Source: a virus
Direction: 5' to 3' (one strand)
Virus record (IMG/VR): IMGVR_UViG_3300027804_000049
Coordinates: 32,001-96,000 of that record
Length of the DNA: 64,000 nucleotides
A program made the position numbers and the translations under genes. Below, in pieces: positions 9,033 to 17,502 of the stretch (position 1 is its first letter; the number at the start of each line of letters is the position of its first letter). The notes beneath the pieces are model-generated. The model ran no database searches. It was not told where the DNA came from and worked only from the letters and a program-made list of their open reading frames with translations.

Positions 9033-12000
9033 GCGCCTCCGCGTCGTAGTCTAAATGCAAGGGTTCTGTCAATCATCGCCGCGAGTTCTGACTCATTCAT
9101 ACCAGCTGATGGATATACGTTTATGATGTTTGAAGGGCCGCCTCTTCCAGCAAGTTGTGCAACAATTGCTCTATCTCTACGAGATAGACCTTGCTCGTCA
9201 AGTGGCTCAATACGCTCAGGGCGACCAGCCTCGGCAACACGAACTATTGCTCCGCCTGGTTGAGGCTGAATGACTCCGCCTTCTGCGAAGCCAGGAATTG
9301 GTGGAATGGCAAAACCTTTACCGCCAAGACCTGGAACCCAGTTAGGAACTGTAAACTTTATCTTTGCAAATGTGTTATTCCACAAACGAGCAATCCATGA
9401 AAATGCTCTTTCAGCTGCGTTCATTATGGAGTTAAATATTGGAATATTACTAAGTGCTTCCTTCGCGTTGTTCCAAATTGCCTTTAAGCCATTAACAATG
9501 AACTTGCCTAACGCGCCAAAAATTGTCTTTAGCCCTTCAATAGGGTTTCCAGTGATGATCTCCCAAAGGCCTTTTACAATACGTATTGCTAGAGCTATTG
9601 CCTCTGCAAAAATATCTATCGCGTTAGTCAACACGAACTGGAATATTGGAACAATATATTTTCCTATAAAGTCACCAATTTTCTTAAAAATTTCTCCAAA
9701 TCCTTCAAATACTGGCGCTAACTCGCTTAATGCTTCTTTTACAGTATCAAAAGCTCCTTTAAGCGCACTCCCAACTGCATCAATAAGCTTTGCAACAGCT
9801 TCCCTAAATATCTCGCTTTTATTGTAGGCAATAACTATCACCGCAACGACCGCGGCTATAGCCGCTGCTATAAGGACAAGCGGTCCAACTGCAACTCCTG
9901 TTACCACGCTTAAAAATCCAAAACCGGCTTTTATAAGCGTAATCGCGCCACTTAACTTACTAAACACTCCAACAACATTTAGTATTGTTCCACTAATTAC
10001 GAAGAATCCAAATTTTACTACAGCAATTATTAGGCCTAAAGCGGAGAAGAACGCAAGAATGCGAGCTCCAGTGTCAAATAACTTCTTGATGGCAGGATCA
10101 GATAGTATGTTAACTACTACGCTAAGAGCGGTGTTAAGAGTATTAAAGAACGTCTGTATCGCACCAGAAGATAACGTCACCTCTATGAACTTCGTTAACG
10201 TGACAAGAAATTCTGCAAAGGCAGGACCTGCTGAGTTTAGTCCAGTAAGAATATTGCCAAATGAAGGAGCTGCCTGCTTTAAGGTGTCCCAGAACTTACC
10301 TACGTTTGGATCTGCTCCTGCTTTTAGAATCTCCTTGATAAAGGCGCCTATTGATGAAAGTGCCTTTGTTGCATTTATCGTAGTCTCTCTTAGCCAGTCA
10401 GCTCCCGCTGGCTTTTCAAAGAATTTCTCAAATCCAGCGGTAACTTCAGTTAGCCAATCGATTATTACGTATCCTCCGCCACCTGGAGTAAACGCTGATT
10501 TGATAACATTAACTATTCCACTTACAGCGTTTCCAAATATTCCACCAATACTCGCAGCTATATCACCGTACTTCTTAAAGAATGCATCGAGCTCGCCAGA
10601 TGCCTGCTTAGTGTCTAAAAACTTAGCAAACTCGCCTGTCTTCTTCTCGAGGAAGTCAACAAAGCGCCTTGTTTGTGAGTCTGCTCCAACAAGAAGTGAA
10701 AGAATAGAGTCGTATGTGTTTCCAAAAACCTTACCGAATCCTCTGACCACATACTCTGAGGTCTTAAATACCTTAGCCAGGTCTAGCTTATTTTCAACAT
10801 CAACTATTGAGTCAACGATACTATTAAACGCATCTGCAACAGCTTCTGCAAGTCCTTTAAACAGTGGTTCTAACTCTGGAAAAAGTTCATCTTTTAGTCT
10901 TCTTAATCCATCTTCTAATCCTGGAAAAAGCCCTGCCGCGGCTGCGTCTCGCAATTTCTTTAACGCTGGTGCAAATTCATTTACTATAAACTTTACAAAG
11001 TCCTGTGCTTCCTTAGAGAGACCGCTAAGAGAATCAGCAAAAGCGTCTGCGCCAGCTGCACCAGACCCTGCGTCCTTAGCTTCCTCTTGGGCACGTAAGG
11101 CGTCTCGCTCTGCGCGTGCCTTTGCCTTTGCTGCCTGTTGAACACTCTTAAACGCGTCTTGCGCAGTGTCTGTTGCTGAGATAAGACGGAGAAGACCTTC
11201 GTCTTGCACGTCTGGAAAAGTTGCCTTTGCTACATTAAGAAGCTCGTCACTAACGCCTTTACTTTTTTCTACAAGGTTAGTCTGCTGCTGCTGCAAGTCT
11301 TTGTTGCGATCCTTAGACTTTCTATAGTTTAGCTCTGCCTCAGCAAATGCAAGTTGCGCTTCTCTACGAGCACGAGAGTTAGGTGGTAGGTCCTGAACAC
11401 GAGCTAAAGTTTCACGTGCCTTTTCAAGCTCGATTGCTGCTTTCTTTTCACTGATTGCTGCGTCCTCTGCATCAAATCCAAGTTGCTGCAGCTCTTCGCG
11501 ACCGTCTTTAAGAGCTTCATTAAGATCTTCTTGTGCCTCAGTAAGTCTTTCATCTGCGTCTACTAGATTCTCTTGAGCAGATTCAATTCTACGTAATGCT
11601 GCAATCTTAGCGCTGGCATCCGCTTTTGCACCGGCGGATGATTTTTTAAGTCCTGCTGATATGGCATTACTTACACCTGAAAACGCAGAAGCAGTTACAA
11701 GTGCAGCCAACCCTAAGGAGGTGAATATGCCAAGAAGAGAAGTTAATGAAGGTATTAGTGCTCCCGCTGCTGCGACTAAAGATAAGAATCCGCCAGCTAA
11801 TGAACCAACAGATGACACAAGTACAGACAGGGCTGGTCCTAACGTGTATCCAGTTCTAATAAGACTTTGAAAACTTCTTCTCGCTGCTAGTGCCCTTGCA
11901 GAAAAATCAGAAAAAGATCTTATTAAATTTTTTCCCATGCCATCAGAGAAGCCATTAGAAAAATTTTGTCCGATTCTGCGTCCGTCACCATCTAAGTTTA

Positions 12001-12085
12001 TATTTTTAGCTGCGTTACGAACTTCTTTTTCAAATCCTGTTGTAATTGCACGAACAACGATGTAAGCATCACCTACTATTGCCAT
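9029..12085 (-). CDS. Tape measure protein
   Basis: 1018 aa, Ala-rich amphipathic repeats, hydrophobic segments, C-terminal FAEGG...VAEAGRPERIEPL; follows the chaperone genes. Confidence 0.9.
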   Translation of the reverse strand: MAIVGDAYIVVRAITTGFEKEVRNAAKNINLDGDGRRIGQNFSNGFSDGMGKNLIRSFSDFSARALAARRSFQSLIRTGYTLGPALSVLVSSVGSLAGGFLSLVAAAGALIPSLTSLLGIFTSLGLAALVTASAFSGVSNAISAGLKKSSAGAKADASAKIAALRRIESAQENLVDADERLTEAQEDLNEALKDGREELQQLGFDAEDAAISEKKAAIELEKARETLARVQDLPPNSRARREAQLAFAEAELNYRKSKDRNKDLQQQQTNLVEKSKGVSDELLNVAKATFPDVQDEGLLRLISATDTAQDAFKSVQQAAKAKARAERDALRAQEEAKDAGSGAAGADAFADSLSGLSKEAQDFVKFIVNEFAPALKKLRDAAAAGLFPGLEDGLRRLKDELFPELEPLFKGLAEAVADAFNSIVDSIVDVENKLDLAKVFKTSEYVVRGFGKVFGNTYDSILSLLVGADSQTRRFVDFLEKKTGEFAKFLDTKQASGELDAFFKKYGDIAASIGGIFGNAVSGIVNVIKSAFTPGGGGYVIIDWLTEVTAGFEKFFEKPAGADWLRETTINATKALSSIGAFIKEILKAGADPNVGKFWDTLKQAAPSFGNILTGLNSAGPAFAEFLVTLTKFIEVTLSSGAIQTFFNTLNTALSVVVNILSDPAIKKLFDTGARILAFFSALGLIIAVVKFGFFVISGTILNVVGVFSKLSGAITLIKAGFGFLSVVTGVAVGPLVLIAAAIAAVVAVIVIAYNKSEIFREAVAKLIDAVGSALKGAFDTVKEALSELAPVFEGFGEIFKKIGDFIGKYIVPIFQFVLTNAIDIFAEAIALAIRIVKGLWEIITGNPIEGLKTIFGALGKFIVNGLKAIWNNAKEALSNIPIFNSIMNAAERAFSWIARLWNNTFAKIKFTVPNWVPGLGGKGFAIPPIPGFAEGGVIQPQPGGAIVRVAEAGRPERIEPLDEQGLSRRDRAIVAQLAGRGGPSNIINVYPSAGMNESELAAMIDRTLAFRLRRGGA

Positions 12086-12119
12086 ATATTCACCTCCCTT
12101 CTTTTAATTTTCATTGCTG

Positions 12120-12476
12120 TTAGCCTAACGGTCCTTCTAATGCAGAGCCAAATGGTAAAGGTGATCTAGCATTAACTGGTGTTGGCGGTACGAAAGGCTT
12201 GGTTGGTTTGTTCTTTTGAAGTGGATCAAAAGGAACAATCCCCTCTTCAGCTATATCAAAATTCTTTGATGTTACTCCAGACGAGCTAGCAGAATTTGCA
12301 GTTGCAACTGCATACGCGTATTCTGACTCATAGAACTCTTGATATATCTGTTGACGTGCACGGTCACGTCCTTCCGCCTGCTCTGCAGACGAATAGAACA
12401 TGTCCTCTTCAAAGAAGTAATGAATCACATCAAGCATGTCGCGTGATTCCATCTCTGCGAGTCTGATTCCGTTCAC
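12120..12476 (-). CDS. Tail assembly chaperone, downstream (probably frameshifted) segment
   Basis: Lies between the first chaperone and TMP; its frame stays open upstream to about 12578. Confidence 0.6.
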   Translation of the reverse strand: MNGIRLAEMESRDMLDVIHYFFEEDMFYSSAEQAEGRDRARQQIYQEFYESEYAYAVATANSASSSGVTSKNFDIAEEGIVPFDPLQKNKPTKPFVPPTPVNARSPLPFGSALEGPLG

Positions 12477-12508
12477 GATAGCCTTTCCATTAACATAGGG
12501 CCAGAGAT

Positions 12509-12859
12509 CTACGCACCAGTGGAGGAGACTTCTGGCCCCTCGGTAGGGCGCGATGTATACACCTCGACAAGCCAGGCGCTAATTTGCCCAAGAGTATCAA
12601 CTGAAACGATCTTGTCTTCGTCTGTTAAAAGAGAGTCAAAGCGTGAGTAGCTTTCATCAACGAGAACATTTTTAAAGAAGTCGCTAATTGTTTTTGCTGC
12701 GTCTGCTGGATCATCTCCGCTTGAACGAGCAACTAAGTTTAAAAGTACCTTACCTTGCAACTCTGGACGACAATTAAATGTCTCTCCATAGATCATAAAC
12801 GTTACTGGTTCTTTTTCTCCAGCTTGCGTTCCCGAACCGAAGTCCTTGAACTTTGCCAT
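12509..12859 (-). CDS. Tail assembly chaperone
   Basis: 116 aa, GGAGG RBS, ends WLVEVYTSRPT...; canonical position. Confidence 0.7.
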   Translation of the reverse strand: MAKFKDFGSGTQAGEKEPVTFMIYGETFNCRPELQGKVLLNLVARSSGDDPADAAKTISDFFKNVLVDESYSRFDSLLTDEDKIVSVDTLGQISAWLVEVYTSRPTEGPEVSSTGA

Positions 12860-12917
12860 ATCTTTCTTCCTCCGTATTGTGTTAGTGTCTTTATTAAGAC
12901 GGTTGTCTCAACTCTAG

Positions 12918-13448
12918 TTATCTTATCAAGTAAAGGTTGTCTGTTAGATACTTATTAGGCTTAGTTCCAGGGTGTCTCACTACGCGAGTATAGACGATTC
13001 TACCTCTAGAAGAAAAGCGCAGTGTCTCTGCTCTTTTAGGAACAATTATGTGTGGACGTGCTCCTTCGTGATGTACTAAAGCGTACTTTAGAGGTGATCC
13101 AACTTTTACCTGCTGTCCAGGACCTCTACGACTATGCTCTATTTCAAGTGAAGCTTTTAGTTTTCCAGTTTTTACGCCTACTTGAGATCTTGCAGCTATA
13201 AGAACTCGTAATCCACGTCCGTATAGATACCTTCCTACAGGTCCAGAAGGACTATTTAAGAATTTGTCTAAGACCGGGCGACGAAAAACTATTCCTGAAA
13301 AAGATAAGCTGATACGCGTTGATCCACGGCCGCCACCGCCAAAGGCAGAGCGAAATTGCCTTGGACTATTTAATCTTCTTGCTCGACGAGCATACCTTTG
13401 TCCAAAATAGATTATAGGACTGTCATTTATTAGACCAAATAAAGGCAT
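12918..13448 (-). CDS. Neck/tail-completion protein (HK97 gp10-like)
   Basis: VGVKTGKLKASL...YALVHHEG...HPGTKPNKYL motifs; basic protein. Confidence 0.7.
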   Translation of the reverse strand: MPLFGLINDSPIIYFGQRYARRARRLNSPRQFRSAFGGGGRGSTRISLSFSGIVFRRPVLDKFLNSPSGPVGRYLYGRGLRVLIAARSQVGVKTGKLKASLEIEHSRRGPGQQVKVGSPLKYALVHHEGARPHIIVPKRAETLRFSSRGRIVYTRVVRHPGTKPNKYLTDNLYLIR

Positions 13449-13960
13449 TATGGCACCGCTATCGTAAGTTGCATGGCAGTTGTTTGAAAACCTCCATCAA
13501 AACCTGTAGAGTCAGCTGTTGCAATTACACCAAGGCCAAAGTCTCCCTCTTCTTCCTTCCATTGATCTAGCTTGTTAATAAGTTCCATAAACATCCATGC
13601 ATCAACCGCTGCGATCTCAGATGCTTCTTGAATCTTTTCCCCAGTAGGAGCTTTTCCATTTACTCCAACAACGGGAATCTCTCTTGAGATAGATATAGTT
13701 AAAACTGCAGAGCGTGGCATCTGGCATCTTTGAGGCTCACTTGCCTCGTCTCCGGGACGGCCTAGATAGACCTGAATAAACGAAACTACAAGTTGCTCGC
13801 AGTCAATTGCAGGTTCACCCATTGTCCAAAATTGTCTACTTGGCAAAGGTACGTTATACTCCTCGTAAACCTCTACAACCTTTTCAAGAACTTTATCAAG
13901 AAGTGTTTTTAGATTTAATGCCCTTAAGTCTACTGTCGATATGTCTATTAGTCTTCCCAC
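13448..13960 (-). CDS. Putative tail terminator/connector protein
   Basis: Position between adaptor and neck genes; AIDCEQLVV motif. Confidence 0.5.
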   Translation of the reverse strand: MGRLIDISTVDLRALNLKTLLDKVLEKVVEVYEEYNVPLPSRQFWTMGEPAIDCEQLVVSFIQVYLGRPGDEASEPQRCQMPRSAVLTISISREIPVVGVNGKAPTGEKIQEASEIAAVDAWMFMELINKLDQWKEEEGDFGLGVIATADSTGFDGGFQTTAMQLTIAVP

Positions 13961-13962
13961 GT

Positions 13963-15357
13963 TTATCCTCCGATATCGTAGGTAGGAGTTACTTCATTGC
14001 CGAGACGAAGCGCAAGGTTTCCTGAGGCAATATATACTGTCTCTATCTCTCCTGCGTTTAATGGATCTGGTCGTGATGCATACAGATCCCATGTCCCTGG
14101 ATCCACGAATCCTACGTGTGCATAGGCATCATCGTACGAGACAGTTAAGGTGATGCTGTCACGAGTTTCATTAGTAACTGTAGCAGTTCCAGTGTCAGCT
14201 CCGTATGCAACGTCATCATACCCTTGACGCGCATAGGTAAATGCCGTAGACGAAGGAACGCTAACTATGTAGTAGTCACCGTTAAACGTAGAGTTAATGC
14301 CTGCAACTGTAACAAAATCACCTTCTACAAATCCATGAGTGGCCGTAGTTGTTATTGTAACAATACCATCGGTAAGTTGCTTATAAGCTACGTTTCTTGT
14401 AACGTCATTAACTATCGGGTCGTTTAGTTGAACCGCTCCAGTAGAAAGTTCCTTTGTCTTTGTTCCTGTGTAATTTGCAATCTTAAGCATTGGAACCCAT
14501 GTATCATCACTTACAAGGAATCCCGCGTTGATGTAGTCAAGGTTAACGTCTAATACGCCACCATCTGATCCTGTGACATACATGTCTAAAACACTTTGTC
14601 CAAGCGGTAAAGGCTTTGGTACCATACGACGAGCACGTGGTACGTCTGGGCTAAATACACGTGCCTTAGCGCGAGCGCGATCTGGGTTTACGGACTTAAG
14701 AAATAGATCAACGACATAGAGACCAGTTCTCATCTCTTCAATGAAGTCCTGGTTATCTAATATTGTATAGTTAACACCTTGTCGTGAAACTGACGTTACA
14801 CGTTGAGGAAGAGCGCAGTCGTCATCTCCAGACCACAGCTTTATAAACTCTGTAGCTAAAACACGAGCTGCTGCCTTGCCTGACGCAGGAGGTGGAGCTC
14901 CATACGTATACGTAACCTCAATGTTGCAAGGAGCCCAGGAGGTTCCAGCCTTTGCTTGAAGTGTAGAGTGATCAACTAGGTAATAATTTGCAGGGTCAAC
15001 TATGCTTCCTTCACGATTTCTTACTGAGTGAATGCGAACAACAGGTCTGCCACGAAGGCGAAGACGCGTCGACGGAGACATGCCATCTGTAGTTATTTCT
15101 GCATAATCGTCAAACTCATCAAAGGGAATGTTATATACGTCTCCACCAACGAGCTCAGGCGTGTAATTTCGTGAAGATGCCCCGAGACGATATGCGCGAG
15201 ATGCGCAGATATAGCGCTCTGTTACAGTAGTTATTCCATTAAACTTACGACCTGACATAGACCAGAGAAGCTGAGATGCAACCTTAACGGCATCATACGC
15301 ATATTCATCGTCAGCGTAGCTATCGAGCTCATCTACTGTTACCCAAAGATTTGACAC
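13963..15357 (-). CDS. Head-to-tail adaptor with a C-terminal extension containing an FCCH-like module
   Basis: ASQLLWSMSGRKF, VTYTYGAPPP, CALPQRVTSVSRQGV and TGLYVVDLFL motifs of actinophage adaptors. Confidence 0.75.
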   Translation of the reverse strand: MSNLWVTVDELDSYADDEYAYDAVKVASQLLWSMSGRKFNGITTVTERYICASRAYRLGASSRNYTPELVGGDVYNIPFDEFDDYAEITTDGMSPSTRLRLRGRPVVRIHSVRNREGSIVDPANYYLVDHSTLQAKAGTSWAPCNIEVTYTYGAPPPASGKAAARVLATEFIKLWSGDDDCALPQRVTSVSRQGVNYTILDNQDFIEEMRTGLYVVDLFLKSVNPDRARAKARVFSPDVPRARRMVPKPLPLGQSVLDMYVTGSDGGVLDVNLDYINAGFLVSDDTWVPMLKIANYTGTKTKELSTGAVQLNDPIVNDVTRNVAYKQLTDGIVTITTTATHGFVEGDFVTVAGINSTFNGDYYIVSVPSSTAFTYARQGYDDVAYGADTGTATVTNETRDSITLTVSYDDAYAHVGFVDPGTWDLYASRPDPLNAGEIETVYIASGNLALRLGNEVTPTYDIGG

Positions 15358-15392
15358 TCGTTATCCCGTCTACTCGTCATTATTATGAAGAC

Positions 15393-15436
15393 GAGCGACA
15401 TGCCTGTGTAGGTGGTTACACGTTGGCATGTCGCTC
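15393..15436 (-). terminator. Strong hairpin after the major tail gene
   Basis: 12-bp inverted repeat GAGCGACATGCC/GGCATGTCGCTC with an inner GTGTA/TACAC stem. Confidence 0.6.
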
Positions 15437-15447
15437 TCTTATTCTTA

Positions 15448-16494
15448 TTAGGAGGTTGGATCCTCTGTTGACGCAATGATGAAGTCAGTTGCGTTATCAG
15501 CGTTGTAGTTCTCGTTACCAGGAACGTTGTAAGCTGTTGTTGAGCCTTCGCTTGCAAAGTCTGAAACTTGACGGCCATCAGCTTCGACAACTGCAGTACC
15601 GGAGTCTGCCGTTGAGGAAATGGTTCCGCTTGTCGTGGTTGTGTAGGTAAATGTTGTTGTTGTTGGAACAGACGCAATGGTGTATGTACCATTAAGCGCT
15701 GTGCTTGTAAGGCTTGCCACAACGACAGTGTCTCCTGCCTCAAAGTTATGAGCTGCTGAGGTAGTAATTGTAGCAGTTGAGCTTGTGCGAGCAACGTTGT
15801 TAATAGATGCTGAAAGATCTCCATGCCATACTAAGAAGCCCTTACGACCTGTTGGCGCCCAATAAGAGCGAGCATATGAGTATGGACGCTCTGTAGCTAC
15901 TGGGAACTCCCAGCGCTCATCTAGTCCATCGCCAAAGTTAGTGTTTCCAAGGCCGTAACCTTCGAATGTAGTTGCAAGCATTCCATTTTCAATTACGCGA
16001 TCTCCGCTTTGGCGAAGCTTTGCATATGGGAATACCCAGTGGAAGTAAGGAAGTGTTGCTGCCTTCTTTCCATCAATGATTGCGAATGACCAGCACTCGA
16101 TAGCAACACCGTTACCAGCTGGGTCATCGCCAGTTGCAGGAGAAGACCAACCGATTGACTTGCGATCTGGTGAAGCATATGTTCCGAGGTTCTTGCGAAG
16201 TAGTAAACCGCCAGAAATTAGCTGAGTAAGTTCTGGATCTGGCTCACAGATTGCAAGCTCCATTGTGATACGCTTTAGCGTATCAGGTGACTTGTAAGTA
16301 ACGCAGACTGTTCCATCTGCGCCTTTTTCTGTCATTTCATCGCCTTCTTCGTACTCAGGCGTGAATGAAAGGCGTAAAAAGCCTGATGTGGTGTAGCTGT
16401 CACCGGCCTCGTTCAGGAGGTTACCAGACGCATCAAGACGAGTTACTCGAATTGACACGCCCTGAATGCTGGCGGCGTATTCTTGAGTTGCCAT
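15448..16494 (-). CDS. Major tail protein with a C-terminal FCCH-like accessory domain
   Basis: IRVTRLDASG, EYEEGDE...GTVCV and YFHWVFP motifs; AAGGAG RBS. Confidence 0.85.
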   Translation of the reverse strand: MATQEYAASIQGVSIRVTRLDASGNLLNEAGDSYTTSGFLRLSFTPEYEEGDEMTEKGADGTVCVTYKSPDTLKRITMELAICEPDPELTQLISGGLLLRKNLGTYASPDRKSIGWSSPATGDDPAGNGVAIECWSFAIIDGKKAATLPYFHWVFPYAKLRQSGDRVIENGMLATTFEGYGLGNTNFGDGLDERWEFPVATERPYSYARSYWAPTGRKGFLVWHGDLSASINNVARTSSTATITTSAAHNFEAGDTVVVASLTSTALNGTYTIASVPTTTTFTYTTTTSGTISSTADSGTAVVEADGRQVSDFASEGSTTAYNVPGNENYNADNATDFIIASTEDPTS

Positions 16495-16539
16495 GTTTTT
16501 TATTTTCTCCTTGTTTAGAAGCGGCTATCTAGAGCTATT

Positions 16540-17406
16540 CTATGCCGTTAGATCAACTCTGACTGCGAGATGAATAGACGGATCAAAGTATACCGCAGCT
16601 GGGCGGATAGCCTTGAGACGTATATTATTCGCATTATTCGACACGTCATAGCCCTGTGCTAGATTGTCGTTTACGACATCTGGCTTGCCAAGTAGTACCT
16701 TGACAGTTCCAGTGGCGTACATCCATTTGTTTGTACCTGAGGCTGTTGCTCCTGTAGCTTCAGTTGGCCCATTTCCTGAGTAGCCGGAACCAATAATAAT
16801 TGGAGTACCTCCTACAGTCTGCAGGTGATCTGACTTTACAGTATGGTAGAAAAGACTACCGTCAGAAGCCAGAAGAGCGGCAATATCACGAGTCATGTGA
16901 ATAACGCCTTGCTCACCAGCAGGAGATACCAGCGCAATTTGATGCTCTAGAAGCGCGATAGCTCTTCTTGGAGAGAGTGCTGTTCCTGAGTTTAATGTAG
17001 TCACCGTTGAAGATACTAATGCTTTATTTTCATGAGACTCTCCAATGCGGATAGCTCCGTCCCATAGCTCAACTTCAAGTGCTTTTTGAGTAACACCTTC
17101 TAGTTGGCGAGTAATGCGAGCAATGCGATCAATTCCAGAAAAACCTAATGTTGAACGGGTTTCATCTACCTCAATAAAAAATGGTTTAATCTCGTCAAAA
17201 TAGTTGACGGTAGGAGCAGAAATCTGCTCGCTTGTGGTATCTGTATCATCATAATTTGTAATAAATTGAGGTGTAGTTTCCCATTCCTGCGAGAAACCTC
17301 GTACCCATTTGTCCTCATCAACTGAGGTATCTGGCCTTACTACTGTGAGTAGGCCAAACATCGAAGGGATAATCTTCGGCGCCTCAAAAACTCCTGTGTA
17401 AGCCAT
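16540..17406 (-). CDS. Second capsid protein (major capsid pentamer-like)
   Basis: Directly after the main capsid gene; GVIHM...GTPIIIGSGY...WMYATGTV motifs resemble actinophage pentamer proteins. Confidence 0.65.
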   Translation of the reverse strand: MAYTGVFEAPKIIPSMFGLLTVVRPDTSVDEDKWVRGFSQEWETTPQFITNYDDTDTTSEQISAPTVNYFDEIKPFFIEVDETRSTLGFSGIDRIARITRQLEGVTQKALEVELWDGAIRIGESHENKALVSSTVTTLNSGTALSPRRAIALLEHQIALVSPAGEQGVIHMTRDIAALLASDGSLFYHTVKSDHLQTVGGTPIIIGSGYSGNGPTEATGATASGTNKWMYATGTVKVLLGKPDVVNDNLAQGYDVSNNANNIRLKAIRPAAVYFDPSIHLAVRVDLTA

Positions 17407-17458
17407 TATTGCTTTCCTAATCCTAATTTAACTCTCGTTTTGATTACCTTTTCGTATC

Positions 17459-17484
17459 GGAGGCGCCCGCAAGCGAGCGCCTCC
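17459..17484 (-). terminator. Hairpin after the major capsid gene
   Basis: GGAGGCGC...GCGCCTCC inverted repeat; no clear U tract. Confidence 0.45.
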
Positions 17485-17502
17485 TCAACGAAGTATCGAA
17501 TT

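Noticed and set aside
9270-11141. Long plus-strand ORFs (185 and 360 aa) and other antisense ORFs across the structural module
   Set aside because: They are shadows of well-supported minus-strand genes, with no RBS or recognisable motifs.
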